Origin: Promethearchaeota archaeon
GTDB lineage: Archaea; Asgardarchaeota; Lokiarchaeia; Sigyniarchaeales; SOKP01
Direction of reading: 5' to 3'
Length of the DNA stretch: 64,000 bases
Assembly (NCBI GenBank): GCA_048939995.1
Contig: JBHLOY010000011.1
Coordinates: 75,151 to 139,150 of the forward strand
Both the position numbers and the translations under genes were made by a program. Positions 53,419 to 64,000 of this stretch are shown piece by piece; positions within the stretch are counted from its first letter, which is position 1; each line of letters starts with the position of its first letter. The notes beneath the pieces were generated by a model, which did not search any database, was not told the origin of the DNA, and saw nothing but the letters and a program-made list of their open reading frames with translations.

Positions 53419-55494
53419 ATGTCTGAAACATTTATACTGGTTGCCTTAATAGCTGGAATCGCCTCTTTAGTTTTAGCATATTTTCTTGCTAGACTAGTTA
53501 TGAAAGAGGATCCTGGTAATGACCGAATGGTAGAAGTGTCTGGTTATATCGAAAAGGGAGCAAAAACCTTCATTAAAGTTCAATATAAAGTATTAGCAAT
53601 TTTTGTTGGGTGCCTAGCTATTGTGATCTTTTTCTTTTTACCTTCTCAGCTAGATGTAACTGCTCGATATGCAGTTTTTTTTAATTGGGAACAAGCACTT
53701 GCTTATATTATTGGTTCAATAGCTTCAATGTTAGCAGGTTGGATGGGTATGTATGTTGGGGTTAAAGCAAACACTAGATCAGCCCAAGCATGCACAAAAG
53801 GCACAAAAGCTGGTTTTGATGTTGCATTTTTTGGTGGAGCGGTTATGGGATTGGCAGTTGTAGGTGCGGCGCTAATTGGAATCTCTATCGTGTATGTTAT
53901 TTTTGGAAGTCCATTTGTAGTTTTAGGTTTCAGTTTTGGAGCTAGTAGTATCGCTCTTTTTATGAAATGTGGTGGTGGAATTTATACAAAGACTGCTGAT
54001 GTTGGAGCTGATTTAGTAGGTAAAGCTGAATATAATTTACCTGAAGATGACCCTCGTAATCCAGCTACCATAGCGGATAACGTTGGTGATAATGTTGGAG
54101 ACATTGCTGGAATGGGAAGCGATCTTTTTGATTCATACGTTGCAGCTATACTTGCGGCCATGATCCTCGCGGCAGCACTAGCATTTGGAGGCACAATAAT
54201 AATATTTCCCCTTGTTTTATCTGGTGTAGGATTAATGGCCTCTGTAGTCGGTATCGGCTTAATAAAATGGAAAGGTTCACAAGATCCAGGCAAATCATTA
54301 AATAATGGCACTTATGCTACAACATTAATCTTCGCAGGTTTAGCTGCTTTATTTGTCCTTTTCATGTCAATTGGAGCTTCTTCATTTGTTTTTGAAAAAT
54401 TATGGAAGAACTATTTCGCAACCTTACTTGGACTTGCAAGTGGTATATTAATTGGTTTTACAAGTGATTATTTTACTAGAGATGATAGAAAACCTACCCA
54501 TAATATCGCTGAATCTGCTCGAGAAGGACATGCTGTAGTAATTCTTTCAGGTTTTTCTTATGGTCTTATAAGTGTTGTTCCTCCAGCCATCGGAATTGTT
54601 TTAGCGATGGTCTTTTCTTATATGTTGGATGGAATATTTGGCGTTGCAATGGCTGCTGTTGGAATGCTTTCAATCGTTGGTACAATTGTTTCAAATGATG
54701 CTTATGGTCCAATTGTAGATAACGCTAGAGGAATTGCAGAACAAGGTGATTTAGGAGAAGAAATTATACGTACTGCTGATCGATTGGATTCTGCTGGAAA
54801 TACAGCAAAGGCAATAACTAAAGGTTTCGCTATTGGAGCCGCTAATCTTACTGTATTAGCGTTGTTATTTTCTTATACTGAAGAAGCAGGTATAAGCATT
54901 GTGGATCTATTAAACATTAATGTACTAATTGGTGCTTTCATTGGAGTAGTAGTTCCTGCTTTATTTTCAGCGCTTTTGGTGTTGGCTGTTCAAAGGAATG
55001 CTGCAAAAATGGTTGATGAAATTAGACGTCAATTTGAATCTAATCCGAAGATTTTAAAGGGAGAAGAACCAGCAGATTTTTCTAGAACTATTGCAATTGC
55101 GACTAAGGGTGCTCTAAGAGAGTTGATAATACCAAGTATAATTTCAATTGCTATCCCTCTGACTGTAGGAGTTTTATTTGGAATCGCAGCATTGGGAGCT
55201 TTCCTTGCAGGTTCAATCTTGTCAGGCTTTGTCTTTGCAGTATTTATGGCAAATTCCGGGGGTTCTTGGGATAACGCTAAGAAATGGATTGAAGATGGGA
55301 ATCTAGGCGGAAAGGGTACCGAAGTTCATAAAGCTTCGATTACTGGAGATACTGTTGGTGATCCATTTAAAGATACAGCAGGTCCTAGCATTAATACATT
55401 ATTAGTAGTAATGTCATTAACAGCTTCAATCTTCATGGGCTTACTCTTATTAATTGGGATCCCAGGCGGTACAGGTTTAATAGCATTTCCTTAA
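53419..55494 (+). CDS. hppA: Membrane H+-translocating pyrophosphatase, probably K+-independent
   Basis: GGIYTKTADVGADLVGKAE, EDDPRNP..IADNVGDNVGD, GNTAKA (Lys at the K+-determinant site), GDTVGDPFKDTAGP. Confidence 0.93.
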   Translation: MSETFILVALIAGIASLVLAYFLARLVMKEDPGNDRMVEVSGYIEKGAKTFIKVQYKVLAIFVGCLAIVIFFFLPSQLDVTARYAVFFNWEQALAYIIGSIASMLAGWMGMYVGVKANTRSAQACTKGTKAGFDVAFFGGAVMGLAVVGAALIGISIVYVIFGSPFVVLGFSFGASSIALFMKCGGGIYTKTADVGADLVGKAEYNLPEDDPRNPATIADNVGDNVGDIAGMGSDLFDSYVAAILAAMILAAALAFGGTIIIFPLVLSGVGLMASVVGIGLIKWKGSQDPGKSLNNGTYATTLIFAGLAALFVLFMSIGASSFVFEKLWKNYFATLLGLASGILIGFTSDYFTRDDRKPTHNIAESAREGHAVVILSGFSYGLISVVPPAIGIVLAMVFSYMLDGIFGVAMAAVGMLSIVGTIVSNDAYGPIVDNARGIAEQGDLGEEIIRTADRLDSAGNTAKAITKGFAIGAANLTVLALLFSYTEEAGISIVDLLNINVLIGAFIGVVVPALFSALLVLAVQRNAAKMVDEIRRQFESNPKILKGEEPADFSRTIAIATKGALRELIIPSIISIAIPLTVGVLFGIAALGAFLAGSILSGFVFAVFMANSGGSWDNAKKWIEDGNLGGKGTEVHKASITGDTVGDPFKDTAGPSINTLLVVMSLTASIFMGLLLLIGIPGGTGLIAFP

Positions 55495-55586
55495 AATGAA
55501 AATTTTTCTTTTTTTTATTCTAATTATTAAGTTTTCTTACTTTTAACATTTATAATCTTTATTTTGAAATTAAAAAAATTTAAAAA

Positions 55587-56375
55587 ATGAATATTTTATT
55601 AGAAACATCAGATAAAAAGGTACTTTTAGCAGCAATTGAAAATAATTTAGATGATTTTTATGTAAAAAGCACAAATCACCCAAATTTTGATTTGATTAGT
55701 AATATTAAGATTAATTGGGTTCGAGCTAAATATGTTGATTGGCCGAATTGTATCTTTAAGGCTAATCTTGAAAATTCAAACTTAGATGCTGAAATCAGTC
55801 AAGTAAAGACCTTAATAGCAAATAATAAAGCTCCTAATGCATGGACGTTGGGTCCTTTGACGAAACCATATAATTTAGGCTCAATATTAGAACAGTCTGG
55901 TTTTATTAATGTATATCACCAAGCAGGAATGTATTTACAACTCCAGGATCTTCGCAGTATGGACTTGAAATCGAATTCGCTAGATGTAAAAATAGTTGAT
56001 AATTTAGTAATGCTTCAGCAATGGTCAAACCTAATTTCTGATGTTTTTAGCATTAGAATTGATCCAGAATTACTTAAATATTTGTTACATGAACAAGAAG
56101 CTCAATTTTACATTGGATATCATAATGGACTACCTGCTTCAAGTCTATTATTATATCTTTCCTCAGGAGTAGCGGGACTACACGCTGTTTCTACTTTACC
56201 AAAATATAGAAATAAGGGCTTTGGGTTAATTATAAGTGGAATAGCACTAAAAAATGCTCTTAAACAGGGTTATAGAATTGGAGTTCTCCAAGCCTCTAAG
56301 ATGGGAGAAGGTGTATATAGAAAGCTGGGATTCAAAAAACAATGTGATATTTTTTCATATGAACTTCATGTATAA
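55587..56375 (+). CDS. GNAT acetyltransferase
   Basis: AGLHAVSTLPKYRNKGFG...VLQASKMGEGVYRKLGF. Confidence 0.85.
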   Translation: MNILLETSDKKVLLAAIENNLDDFYVKSTNHPNFDLISNIKINWVRAKYVDWPNCIFKANLENSNLDAEISQVKTLIANNKAPNAWTLGPLTKPYNLGSILEQSGFINVYHQAGMYLQLQDLRSMDLKSNSLDVKIVDNLVMLQQWSNLISDVFSIRIDPELLKYLLHEQEAQFYIGYHNGLPASSLLLYLSSGVAGLHAVSTLPKYRNKGFGLIISGIALKNALKQGYRIGVLQASKMGEGVYRKLGFKKQCDIFSYELHV

Positions 56376-56402
56376 TTCAATAATTAAAAAATATAAAAAC
56401 AA

Positions 56403-56733
56403 GACGAGTGATATATATACCCACCTTTTTGTAGTATTTTTCGTCACCAAAAAATACTTGAGGCATCAAACTATGCGGCCTACCCAAAGCTCGCTCCAAG
56501 TGCCTCATCACTTTCATTTGGCCTTACACCAAGGTTTTTAGCTCGTTCCAACCATTCCTTTAAACAATTTCTTTGGCTTATGTCCAAGTCATTAATATTT
56601 GTAAAAAGGCGGTGCCGTTTCAGTTCCTAAAATACGGTTCTCACCGTAGTAACTTTCGTTACACCTTGCTTGGAGTGTGAGGTGAGGTTCCTCAGCAGGT
56701 CATGCCTACCGTCAGCCTCATATATCACTCGTC
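56403..56733 (-). ncRNA. rnpB: RNase P RNA, archaeal type A
   Basis: Terminal P1 GACGAGUGAUAUAU/AUAUAUCACUCGUC; P2 UGAGGC/GCCUCA; CR-I GAGGAACCUCACCU pairing with CR-V ACAAAAAGGUGGGUAU; ACUGAAAC and GGAAC regions; P6 CUCCAAG/CUUGGAG; P19 hairpin. Confidence 0.92.
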
Positions 56734-56789
56734 ATCTTCTTAGTAGGAAATATTATTTTAAAAAGCTTTTCTAGTTTTTAGAATTAATC

Positions 56790-57971
56790 TTAAAATTGAA
56801 CTGAAAAATTAACAAAGTAATTATCAAATTTTGAATCATACTTAGGATTAATCTTTTGGAGGGCAATAATAAATTTTTCACTCCTGATAAAATTTATATA
56901 ATCTTTTTGATAAAACCAGCCTCTAGGTAATTTGAAAGTAAAATTCCATAATTTTGGGATTTCAATATCATTATTTTGCGCCTTATTATGATAACACAAC
57001 ACCTTATTACAACACGTTTGCCAAAATTGAAATAAATTCTCATCTACTTTTTGATTATTCTTAATTGGTTCTCTCTTAAAGGAAAACGATGCGAGTATCA
57101 TTAAAGCTGGTAATGCATATTTAAATTGAATAACTATATCTCTATTCTGCAAGGAACTAGCAAAATTTTCCCAAGTATTCCCGATTTCTTTCAAACCATC
57201 TTCAATTTTAGAATAATAAAATTCTTCTGTTAATTCTGGTTTAGTTTTTACAAATTGAAATATTCTGAGAGCGCAAGAAACACGCCACTTTAAATTTTGT
57301 ATATCAAGATTAGAAAGATCTTTAAACGCTTTAAATCTTCTTTCCTCCATTTCTAAAGCTCTGGTTTTGTGAAAAATTTCAAATAAATTTTGACGTATAA
57401 TTTCATAATAATCAAAATAATGATCAAAAATTCTAGAATAATCATAACCCAAAATATCAATTATCGTGAAGGCAGTTAAAGTCTGAAAGAAAATGTGGGT
57501 TTCTTCTTCAGATTGCCATAATTCTTCTAATTCTATATCATTAAGAATAGATATGGTTCCATAGTAGCTTGATTCTCCAGTAAATATAGTTCCTGGAAGT
57601 AAATGGTACTTTATAGCTCCATATAAAATCAATTGTTGGTTTAAGCTCAATTGTAGTTTAACTAGTAAACCATTTTGTTTAATCAAATTAGCAGACTCAA
57701 ATGTATGCCATTCTCTATTGAAAGGTCTTCCAATATCATGAAATAAGAGAAGATAGGGAAATAAATTTGAATTATAATGAAAAATTTCAATTAAAATATC
57801 CTTTAATAATATTAAATTCTCCTTTTTAATTCCCAAATCAATCCTTTCATTTATAAAAGCATAATAAACCCATAATGAGCGAAAAATATGTCTTAATGTT
57901 CTCAATGTTTCAGATTGATAAGTATTTAGTCCTTTATTTATAAGGAAACCCCATTCTGGAAGTTTCTTCAT
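56790..57971 (-). CDS. HD-domain-like hypothetical protein (frame open about 35 codons further upstream)
   Basis: TLRH...LLLFHDIGR...WH...KYH...D pattern of HD phosphohydrolases. Confidence 0.55.
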   Translation of the reverse strand: MKKLPEWGFLINKGLNTYQSETLRTLRHIFRSLWVYYAFINERIDLGIKKENLILLKDILIEIFHYNSNLFPYLLLFHDIGRPFNREWHTFESANLIKQNGLLVKLQLSLNQQLILYGAIKYHLLPGTIFTGESSYYGTISILNDIELEELWQSEEETHIFFQTLTAFTIIDILGYDYSRIFDHYFDYYEIIRQNLFEIFHKTRALEMEERRFKAFKDLSNLDIQNLKWRVSCALRIFQFVKTKPELTEEFYYSKIEDGLKEIGNTWENFASSLQNRDIVIQFKYALPALMILASFSFKREPIKNNQKVDENLFQFWQTCCNKVLCYHNKAQNNDIEIPKLWNFTFKLPRGWFYQKDYINFIRSEKFIIALQKINPKYDSKFDNYFVNFSVQF

Positions 57972-58155
57972 AATTTTACTAACTTGTAATGATTTTAATA
58001 TATCTTCTCCCGAAGAATCGCAGAAATCTAAATCTATACTTTTAAAGATTTCATTAAGATAATCAAAAAGGTTAATAGTATTTATTCCTCGTAAATTCTA
58101 GTAATAATAATGTATAGAAAGGATTATTGAAGATAAGATTTTGCTCCATAAGCTT

Positions 58156-58374
58156 TTATCTATCCAAAAATAATTTGGCAAAATATTCGAAATCTCTATT
58201 ATATGTGCGTTCTGCATCCCTTGATATATGAGCAAAGACACATCCTGGTAATTGTTCCATTTTTAAATGATACTCGATACACTCACAACATTTACCCTTC
58301 CTTGAACAACTCGTATATGTACAAGGACAACTTTTATTTAATTTCTCATAATTACATTCAATCATTCTTTTCAC
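58156..58374 (-). CDS. DUF6485-like small Cys-rich protein
   Basis: CPCTY.SCSRKGKCCECIEYH....LPGC.F...ERTYNR..EYF. Confidence 0.75.
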   Translation of the reverse strand: MKRMIECNYEKLNKSCPCTYTSCSRKGKCCECIEYHLKMEQLPGCVFAHISRDAERTYNRDFEYFAKLFLDR

Positions 58375-58383
58375 AATTATAAA

Positions 58384-58503
58384 CTAGTTCAATTCGTACT
58401 CAACCAAACTAAACGTACCATCTTCAGCACTACATTTAGGACATTTTTCAGGTATTTCTTCCATTTCAAAGGTTGCATTACATTTATCGCATTTCCAAGG
58501 CAT
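58384..58503 (-). CDS. Rubredoxin-like mini-protein, 39 aa (not in ORF track)
   Basis: MPWKCDKCNATFEMEEIPEKCPKCSAEDGTFSLVEYELN*; WxCxxC...PxxCPxC...F, as in rubrerythrin C-terminal domains. Confidence 0.75.
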   Translation of the reverse strand: MPWKCDKCNATFEMEEIPEKCPKCSAEDGTFSLVEYELN

Positions 58504-58593
58504 AATCCTTAAACTAAAATCCTAATGTGTATAAGATATAGAAAAACAATAATTAATAAAATTTTACTTTGTAAGGATTTTAAATTAACTCTT

Positions 58594-59418
58594 TTAGGAT
58601 TTAAAAAATAGTTCTACTTCATCCTGGGTCAAAATAATATCTACTGCTTTAGCATTAGCTATTGTATGTTTAACTTGTTGTGCTTTGGGTATTGTTATTA
58701 TATTCTTCTGATTAACTAACCAGGCAATGGCTATCTGTTGTATAGTAGCATCATGACTTTTTGCGACAGTTTCTAGTTTTTCTCGCAACTTACCTTTTAG
58801 GTCTGTATATCCTCTATGGGCTAATGGGCTGTATGCTGTCATAAGGATTCCATTATCTTGATAATAGGGTAATGATCTAAATAAATGGTTTTGAAAAGTC
58901 AAATTCGCATGTAATTGGTTATTTACAAGTTTACTATCTTTAAGATAATTTTGTGCTTCAATAAATTGCTCTACAGAAAAATTGCTTACACCTATATAGC
59001 GTGTTTTTTCTTCTTTAACCAGATCTTCAAGAACCTTCATTTGCTTTTTAATTGAAATTAATTGTGAAGGCCAATGAATCAAATATAAATCTAATTGTTT
59101 TATACCCAATCTCTTTAACGACATATATGCTGCTTTTTTCATGGTTTTATATCTAAGGTGTATAGGAAATAATTTACTTGTAATGAACAAATCATCTCTT
59201 TTATATTCCTTAATAATCTCTCCTACCAATTTTTCAGATTCTCCTTGCCCGTAAAATTCCGCAGTGTCTATATGTGTTAATCCTAATTCAATCCCTTTCC
59301 TTAAAGACTCCTTCCATTCCTCATAAAACTTCTTTGATCTAAATCTTTTTATTCCCCAAGCCCCTTGTCCTATAACGGGAACTTTTTCTTTATCTTCTCC
59401 TATTTCAATAAATCTCAA
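58594..59418 (-). CDS. Aldo/keto reductase
   Basis: IDTAEFYG, FITSK, DLYLIHWP, IGVSNF, AYSPL, IPK. Confidence 0.92.
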   Translation of the reverse strand: MRFIEIGEDKEKVPVIGQGAWGIKRFRSKKFYEEWKESLRKGIELGLTHIDTAEFYGQGESEKLVGEIIKEYKRDDLFITSKLFPIHLRYKTMKKAAYMSLKRLGIKQLDLYLIHWPSQLISIKKQMKVLEDLVKEEKTRYIGVSNFSVEQFIEAQNYLKDSKLVNNQLHANLTFQNHLFRSLPYYQDNGILMTAYSPLAHRGYTDLKGKLREKLETVAKSHDATIQQIAIAWLVNQKNIITIPKAQQVKHTIANAKAVDIILTQDEVELFFKS

Positions 59419-59574
59419 GTTTACTCACCTTTAATTTAAAAAAGTTTAACTAAAGATTTATTTCTAATTTTTTGAAATTATTGAGGTTAGGAAGAATTGG
59501 GTTAATTAAAAACGAAATTCTCTTCAATAACTTTATAAATTATAAAATTATGAGGATATTCAATTAGAAACCTT

Positions 59575-60108
59575 TTAGATTTCTAAAAATTCTATTATTT
59601 TTTTGTATATTTTTTGTTGATTATTTAAATTTAGCTGCAATATAGTTAAGTTTGGTAAATCTAGAAGCTCTCTTTTAATAGGGTGTTTCAAATTCTCTCC
59701 TATTGTTGCTAGTATTTTCCTATCTGAATGGAATACCTCTTTTAAAAAAAATATAAATGGTTGAGAACACAGTTCCATTTTTCCGATTTCATCAATTATT
59801 AGTAGATCAAGAGTTTCCAAACTTCTTGACTTTAATTCGTTCAAATAATTATTAAATTCCTCTATAAATATGCTATAATTTCCTAATTTGTATTTTGTAT
59901 GATAATTACCTTTCCTAGCAAGTAACAATTTTTTATCGGATTGAATATCATAAATATCAAATCCGATCCTTTTTCCAGCTTCCGTGATTTCTGGTGTTAA
60001 AAAACCTCCTAAACCATAATCCATTGATTTATAATAAGAAATTAATTTTGTTATTAATGTTGATTTTCCACATCGGGGTGGACCTATAATTAAGACTTTT
60101 GAAAACAT
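59575..60108 (-). CDS. THEP1/NTPCR-type nucleoside triphosphatase
   Basis: GPPRCGKST, GGFLTPEI...RIGF, LIIDEIGKME. Confidence 0.88.
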   Translation of the reverse strand: MFSKVLIIGPPRCGKSTLITKLISYYKSMDYGLGGFLTPEITEAGKRIGFDIYDIQSDKKLLLARKGNYHTKYKLGNYSIFIEEFNNYLNELKSRSLETLDLLIIDEIGKMELCSQPFIFFLKEVFHSDRKILATIGENLKHPIKRELLDLPNLTILQLNLNNQQKIYKKIIEFLEI

Positions 60109-60129
60109 GATTAAAAAATAGAGGAAGAT

Positions 60130-61278
60130 CTAATGTTTTTTCCTCGATAACTCCTGAAATTTTAACAATAACTTCTTTTGCTCATCACTAATATCTTTAG
60201 GAATTTCTACTCTTACGACAACATACTGGTCCCCTTTCGCTTTTCCTCTTAAATAAGGTACACCATGATTTTTTATTCGAAATTCTGTCCCATATTGTGT
60301 TCCCGGCGGAATAGATAATTCCTTTTCAGTTAATTGATTATTTTTATAATCAAGGGTGGGGACTTTTATCTTACCTCCTGTTATAGCAGTTACAATATCT
60401 ATATCCATTGGAGTATAGAGATCATTACCACGTCGAATAAAGTCCTCGTTTTCTAGAATTCTAATACCTAAATATAAATCTCCTGGAATTGAATTGGTTG
60501 AAGGAACGTGACCTGCACCTTGTACTTTGAGATGAACGCCATCATCTATTCCAGCGGGGATTTCCACGTGAATTGTTTTAGTCTCTGGAACAACCTTCTT
60601 TCCATTACATACTTTACATTTTTTACCGATTATTTTTCCTGTTCCATTGCAAACATTACATCCACTAGTTCGAATGAAAGTGCTAAATCCTTGTCTAGTC
60701 ATAGTTTGAACTTGCCCAGTTCCATCACAATTCGAACAATTTTTAATGCTTGAAGGATCTTCGGCTCCTGTACCTTCGCATGTATCACATGGAGTATATC
60801 TTTGAATCTCAACATCCTTTTTCACTCCGAACATAGCTTCTTCAAAGGTTATCTCAATATGATCTTCAATATCTTGTCCTATTTCTCGTTGAGGCCTTGA
60901 TCTAGCTCTCCCTCGCGATCCGAAAAAACTTCCAAATCCAAAATCATTATCCCCAAAAATACTTCCTCCTCCAAATATAGATCTAAATAGTTCATTAATT
61001 CCAGGGATACCTCCACTGAAAAAATCACTCATATCAACATGTACACCACTAAAACCAAATCGATCATAATTACTTCTCTTTTCTGGATCACTTAATACTT
61101 CATAAGCTTCTTGCACTTCAATAAATTTCTCTTTAGCTTTAGGATCAGTCTTATTCACATCTGGATGAAGCTTTCTAGCTAACCTTCGATATGCTAACTT
61201 TATATCGTCAGTACTAGCATCCTTAGATACACCTAATACTTCATAATAGTCGCGTTTTTTCGAGGACAATGTATTCAC
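60130..61278 (-). CDS. dnaJ: Chaperone DnaJ
   Basis: J-domain with HPD, G/F region, four CxxCxGxG-type repeats. Confidence 0.95.
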   Translation of the reverse strand: MNTLSSKKRDYYEVLGVSKDASTDDIKLAYRRLARKLHPDVNKTDPKAKEKFIEVQEAYEVLSDPEKRSNYDRFGFSGVHVDMSDFFSGGIPGINELFRSIFGGGSIFGDNDFGFGSFFGSRGRARSRPQREIGQDIEDHIEITFEEAMFGVKKDVEIQRYTPCDTCEGTGAEDPSSIKNCSNCDGTGQVQTMTRQGFSTFIRTSGCNVCNGTGKIIGKKCKVCNGKKVVPETKTIHVEIPAGIDDGVHLKVQGAGHVPSTNSIPGDLYLGIRILENEDFIRRGNDLYTPMDIDIVTAITGGKIKVPTLDYKNNQLTEKELSIPPGTQYGTEFRIKNHGVPYLRGKAKGDQYVVVRVEIPKDISDEQKKLLLKFQELSRKKH

Positions 61279-61524
61279 TTAATTTAAAGCTAAGTTCTTT
61301 TATACTAAAATAGTCTTATGTAGTTACCAATTTAGTAAGTAAAATAAATTCTAAAATATATTTTTTTGGGTCATTGAATATTAAACAAATCAAAACTAAA
61401 ATTGAATATCATTTTTAGTAACAAAAAAGTAATCTATAATAACCAAGTAGAACCAAATATTAACATACTAATTTTATACCAAAAACAAAAGAGGTAAAAA
61501 AATCTTATATAAGGTGTATAATTA

Positions 61525-61755
61525 ATGGCCTGGACTCCACCAAGTAAAGCGATTGTATTTATAACCTTTCTTTTATGGATATTCGGACTATTTATCATAC
61601 TTGATCAATCTCTTATACTTTGGAATGATACATTATTACCTACATTTTCTCTTTTGGGATTGGCTCCTTTCCAAATATGGTTGCTAATTGCGATGATAGT
61701 GTTCTTTTTCTCTTGGTTTCTTTTTTTCTTGGTGATAGTATTAAGAGGGTTATAA
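61525..61755 (+). CDS. Small 2-TM membrane protein
   Basis: AAGGTG Shine-Dalgarno, two hydrophobic helices, T-rich terminator downstream. Confidence 0.65.
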   Translation: MAWTPPSKAIVFITFLLWIFGLFIILDQSLILWNDTLLPTFSLLGLAPFQIWLLIAMIVFFFSWFLFFLVIVLRGL

Positions 61756-61880
61756 ACTATTAAATTCTAATTTCTTTTCTAATGTTTTTTAAATAAGAAA
61801 AAGTTTAGTTATTTGGAGCCAATAAAAGTATATTATATAAGAAAAAATTAATCGAATTCTCAGAAAGCGCAGATTAGGAA

Positions 61881-63875
61881 TCAATCTTCATCCCAATCAA
61901 CATCCACGACTTTCTTCTTCTTATCTTCTTCTTTTTCCTTTTTGTATGTCGCACCACCTTCTCCAGCACCCGTAGCTCCTCCTGGTGGAGCTCCACCCAT
62001 ACCTCCCGGTGGAACATCACCCATACCACTTGCAGCTCTCTGAGCTTGTTCAGCTGCTTGCTGATATACTTGATCTTGATCTTGTGAAGCGTATATTCTT
62101 TGGGAGAAGCTGTACATTGACTTTTGCAGATTTTCAATCCCCAACTTAATTCGATTTACATCATCTGTTTTAATATCTTCCTCTAAAGATTTGATAGCAG
62201 CTTCAATTTCCTGTTTCTCATTTTCTTGGATTTTATCTTTATTATCATCCATCAATTTTCGGGTTTGATATATCATTGAATCCGCATTATTCTTAGCTTC
62301 AATCAGTTCACGTACCTTTTTATCAACTTCCTCAAATTGCTCTGCATCACGAATTTTTTGTTGAATCTCATCTTCACTTAGACCTTTTGCTCCGGTAACG
62401 GTAATACCTGTTTCTTTACCCGTACCTAAATCTTTTGCTGTAACATGCACAATTCCATCGGCGTCAATAGAAAATTTTACTTCTATTTGAGGTATACCAC
62501 GAGGCGCAGGAGGGATACCAGTTAAATGAAACATTCCTAACGATATGTTATCCTTTGCCATTGCTCGCTCTCCTTGGAGTACATTAATAGTAACCGCAGG
62601 TTGATTATCAGCAGCAGTACTAAAAATTTGTTTTTTCTCTGTAGGGATTGTTGAATTTCTCTCTATTAATTTAGTAAATACTCCACCTAATGTTTCTACT
62701 CCTAATGATAAAGGAGTAACATCCAATAAGAGTAAGTCTTCTACATCTCCCGCTATAATTCCTCCTTGAATTGCGGCACCAATAGCAACACATTCCATTG
62801 GATCTACTGAATGTTCAGGTTCTTGTTTAAAGAATTTCTTAAATCTTTCTTGGACAGAAGGCATTCTTGTTGGACCCCCAACTAAGATCACCTTATCAAC
62901 ATCGTTAGTAGAGACTTTGGCATCTGATACCGCTCTTTGCATTATCGGGTCAAGTCTTCTTAAAGTGGGTTCGATTAATTGTTCTAGCTTAGCTCTGGTG
63001 AGTTCCATTTCCAAGTGAACAGGGTTACCTCCTTTCTGAGTAATATATGGCAGATTAATCTGCGTGGATAATGTTGTAGATAACTCTATTTTTGCTTTTT
63101 CGCCTGCATCCTTAATTCTAATCATTGCTTTATTATCTGATTTTAAATCAATTCCTTCCTTCTTTTTAAATTCTTCAACGACCCAATCAATTATTGCATT
63201 ATCCATATCTGTTCCTCCAAGTTGCGTATCCCCTGCAGTCGAAAGAACCTCAACCACACCCTCTCCATATTCCATAAGGGTAATATCAAAAGTACCTCCC
63301 CCGAGATCAAGTACACAGATTTTCAGCAGTTTATTTTTAGTATCTTTATCTAACCCATAAGCTAAACAGGCAGCTGTGGGTTCGTTAATCATTCGAACTA
63401 CTTCTAATCCTGCAATTTCACCGGCATTTTTTGTAGCTGTTCTTTGGGCATCATTAAAGTATGCTGGAACTGTGATTACTGCTTTTTTAACCTCTTCACC
63501 GAGGTAAGCACTTGCGTCATTCTTGATTTTAGTTAAAATCATTGCAGAAATCTCTTCGGGGGAAAATTCTTTCCAATCTTTGCCTACTTTAATTTTTGCC
63601 TTATAAGATAATCCCATTTTCCTTTTAATAGCGGTAACTGTACCATCTGGGTTACTTACAGCTTGACGTCTTGCTGGTTCTCCTACAATTTTTCTCCCAG
63701 CCTCATCGAAGGCTACATATGACGGGAATGCTTTTCCTCCTAATGTACGACCTTCAGCAGCTGGAATAATCTCAGGCTTTCCCGTCCCTCCTAAAACTGC
63801 ACACGCACTATTAGATGTACCTAGATCAATTCCAATTATTTTCTCTTTCTTCGTTGTTTTACTTTTTTCACTCAT
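61881..63875 (-). CDS. dnaK: Chaperone DnaK (Hsp70)
   Basis: [45 protein letters not shown]. Confidence 0.97.
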   Translation of the reverse strand: MSEKSKTTKKEKIIGIDLGTSNSACAVLGGTGKPEIIPAAEGRTLGGKAFPSYVAFDEAGRKIVGEPARRQAVSNPDGTVTAIKRKMGLSYKAKIKVGKDWKEFSPEEISAMILTKIKNDASAYLGEEVKKAVITVPAYFNDAQRTATKNAGEIAGLEVVRMINEPTAACLAYGLDKDTKNKLLKICVLDLGGGTFDITLMEYGEGVVEVLSTAGDTQLGGTDMDNAIIDWVVEEFKKKEGIDLKSDNKAMIRIKDAGEKAKIELSTTLSTQINLPYITQKGGNPVHLEMELTRAKLEQLIEPTLRRLDPIMQRAVSDAKVSTNDVDKVILVGGPTRMPSVQERFKKFFKQEPEHSVDPMECVAIGAAIQGGIIAGDVEDLLLLDVTPLSLGVETLGGVFTKLIERNSTIPTEKKQIFSTAADNQPAVTINVLQGERAMAKDNISLGMFHLTGIPPAPRGIPQIEVKFSIDADGIVHVTAKDLGTGKETGITVTGAKGLSEDEIQQKIRDAEQFEEVDKKVRELIEAKNNADSMIYQTRKLMDDNKDKIQENEKQEIEAAIKSLEEDIKTDDVNRIKLGIENLQKSMYSFSQRIYASQDQDQVYQQAAEQAQRAASGMGDVPPGGMGGAPPGGATGAGEGGATYKKEKEEDKKKKVVDVDWDED

Positions 63876-64000
63876 GATAAAAGTTCACTTTATGGATATT
63901 ATTAGTCATTATAATTTTATTACAAATAATTATTTTATTCTACATTATTTCCTATTAAGATTATAATTAATGGTAAAATTTAAAATTTTTATGATATAGA

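Noticed and set aside
56254-56541. 95-aa plus-strand ORF
   Set aside because: Overlaps the GNAT 3' end and is antisense to the RNase P RNA; no protein-like features.
58072-58149. Short ORF MEQNLIFNNPFY... as a first exon of the HD protein via another intron or frameshift
   Set aside because: No 4-bp helix with correctly placed 3-nt bulges. The region looks like promoter plus SD, so a near-cognate start is the simpler explanation.

Overview
AT-rich archaeal chromosomal segment that looks like an Asgard archaeon (Lokiarchaeia-like). This assignment is inferred from a Rab-like small GTPase, a single-domain gelsolin protein, many Zn-ribbon proteins, an HdrA-MvhD fusion, Orc1/Cdc6, XerA and an archaeal type A RNase P RNA at 56403-56733 (-). 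Most of the window is housekeeping and metabolic: two paralogous secreted M6-like peptidases, fbaB, tpl, purA, tldD/pmbA, trxB, a glycyl-radical enzyme cluster, hppA and dnaK/dnaJ. The main discovery is in purA (33485-34825, -). Its invariant P-loop WGDEGKGK is interrupted by a 30-nt insert with an in-frame TAA stop, and the insert and its junctions fold into a bulge-helix-bulge/loop motif. Cutting at the canonical tRNA-splicing-endonuclease positions removes exactly 34747-34776 and restores WGDEGKGK. This points to a protein-coding mRNA micro-intron spliced by the tRNA-splicing machinery in an Asgard archaeon. Secondary observations: dif-like 28-bp sites near xerA and bracketing the glycyl-radical cluster, an unexplained nested-hairpin element at 3835-3947, tandem vWA-RING-like proteins, a soluble GIFT/IFT52-like protein, probable CTG start codons and several unannotated small proteins. 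All calls come from reading the sequence; no searches were run.
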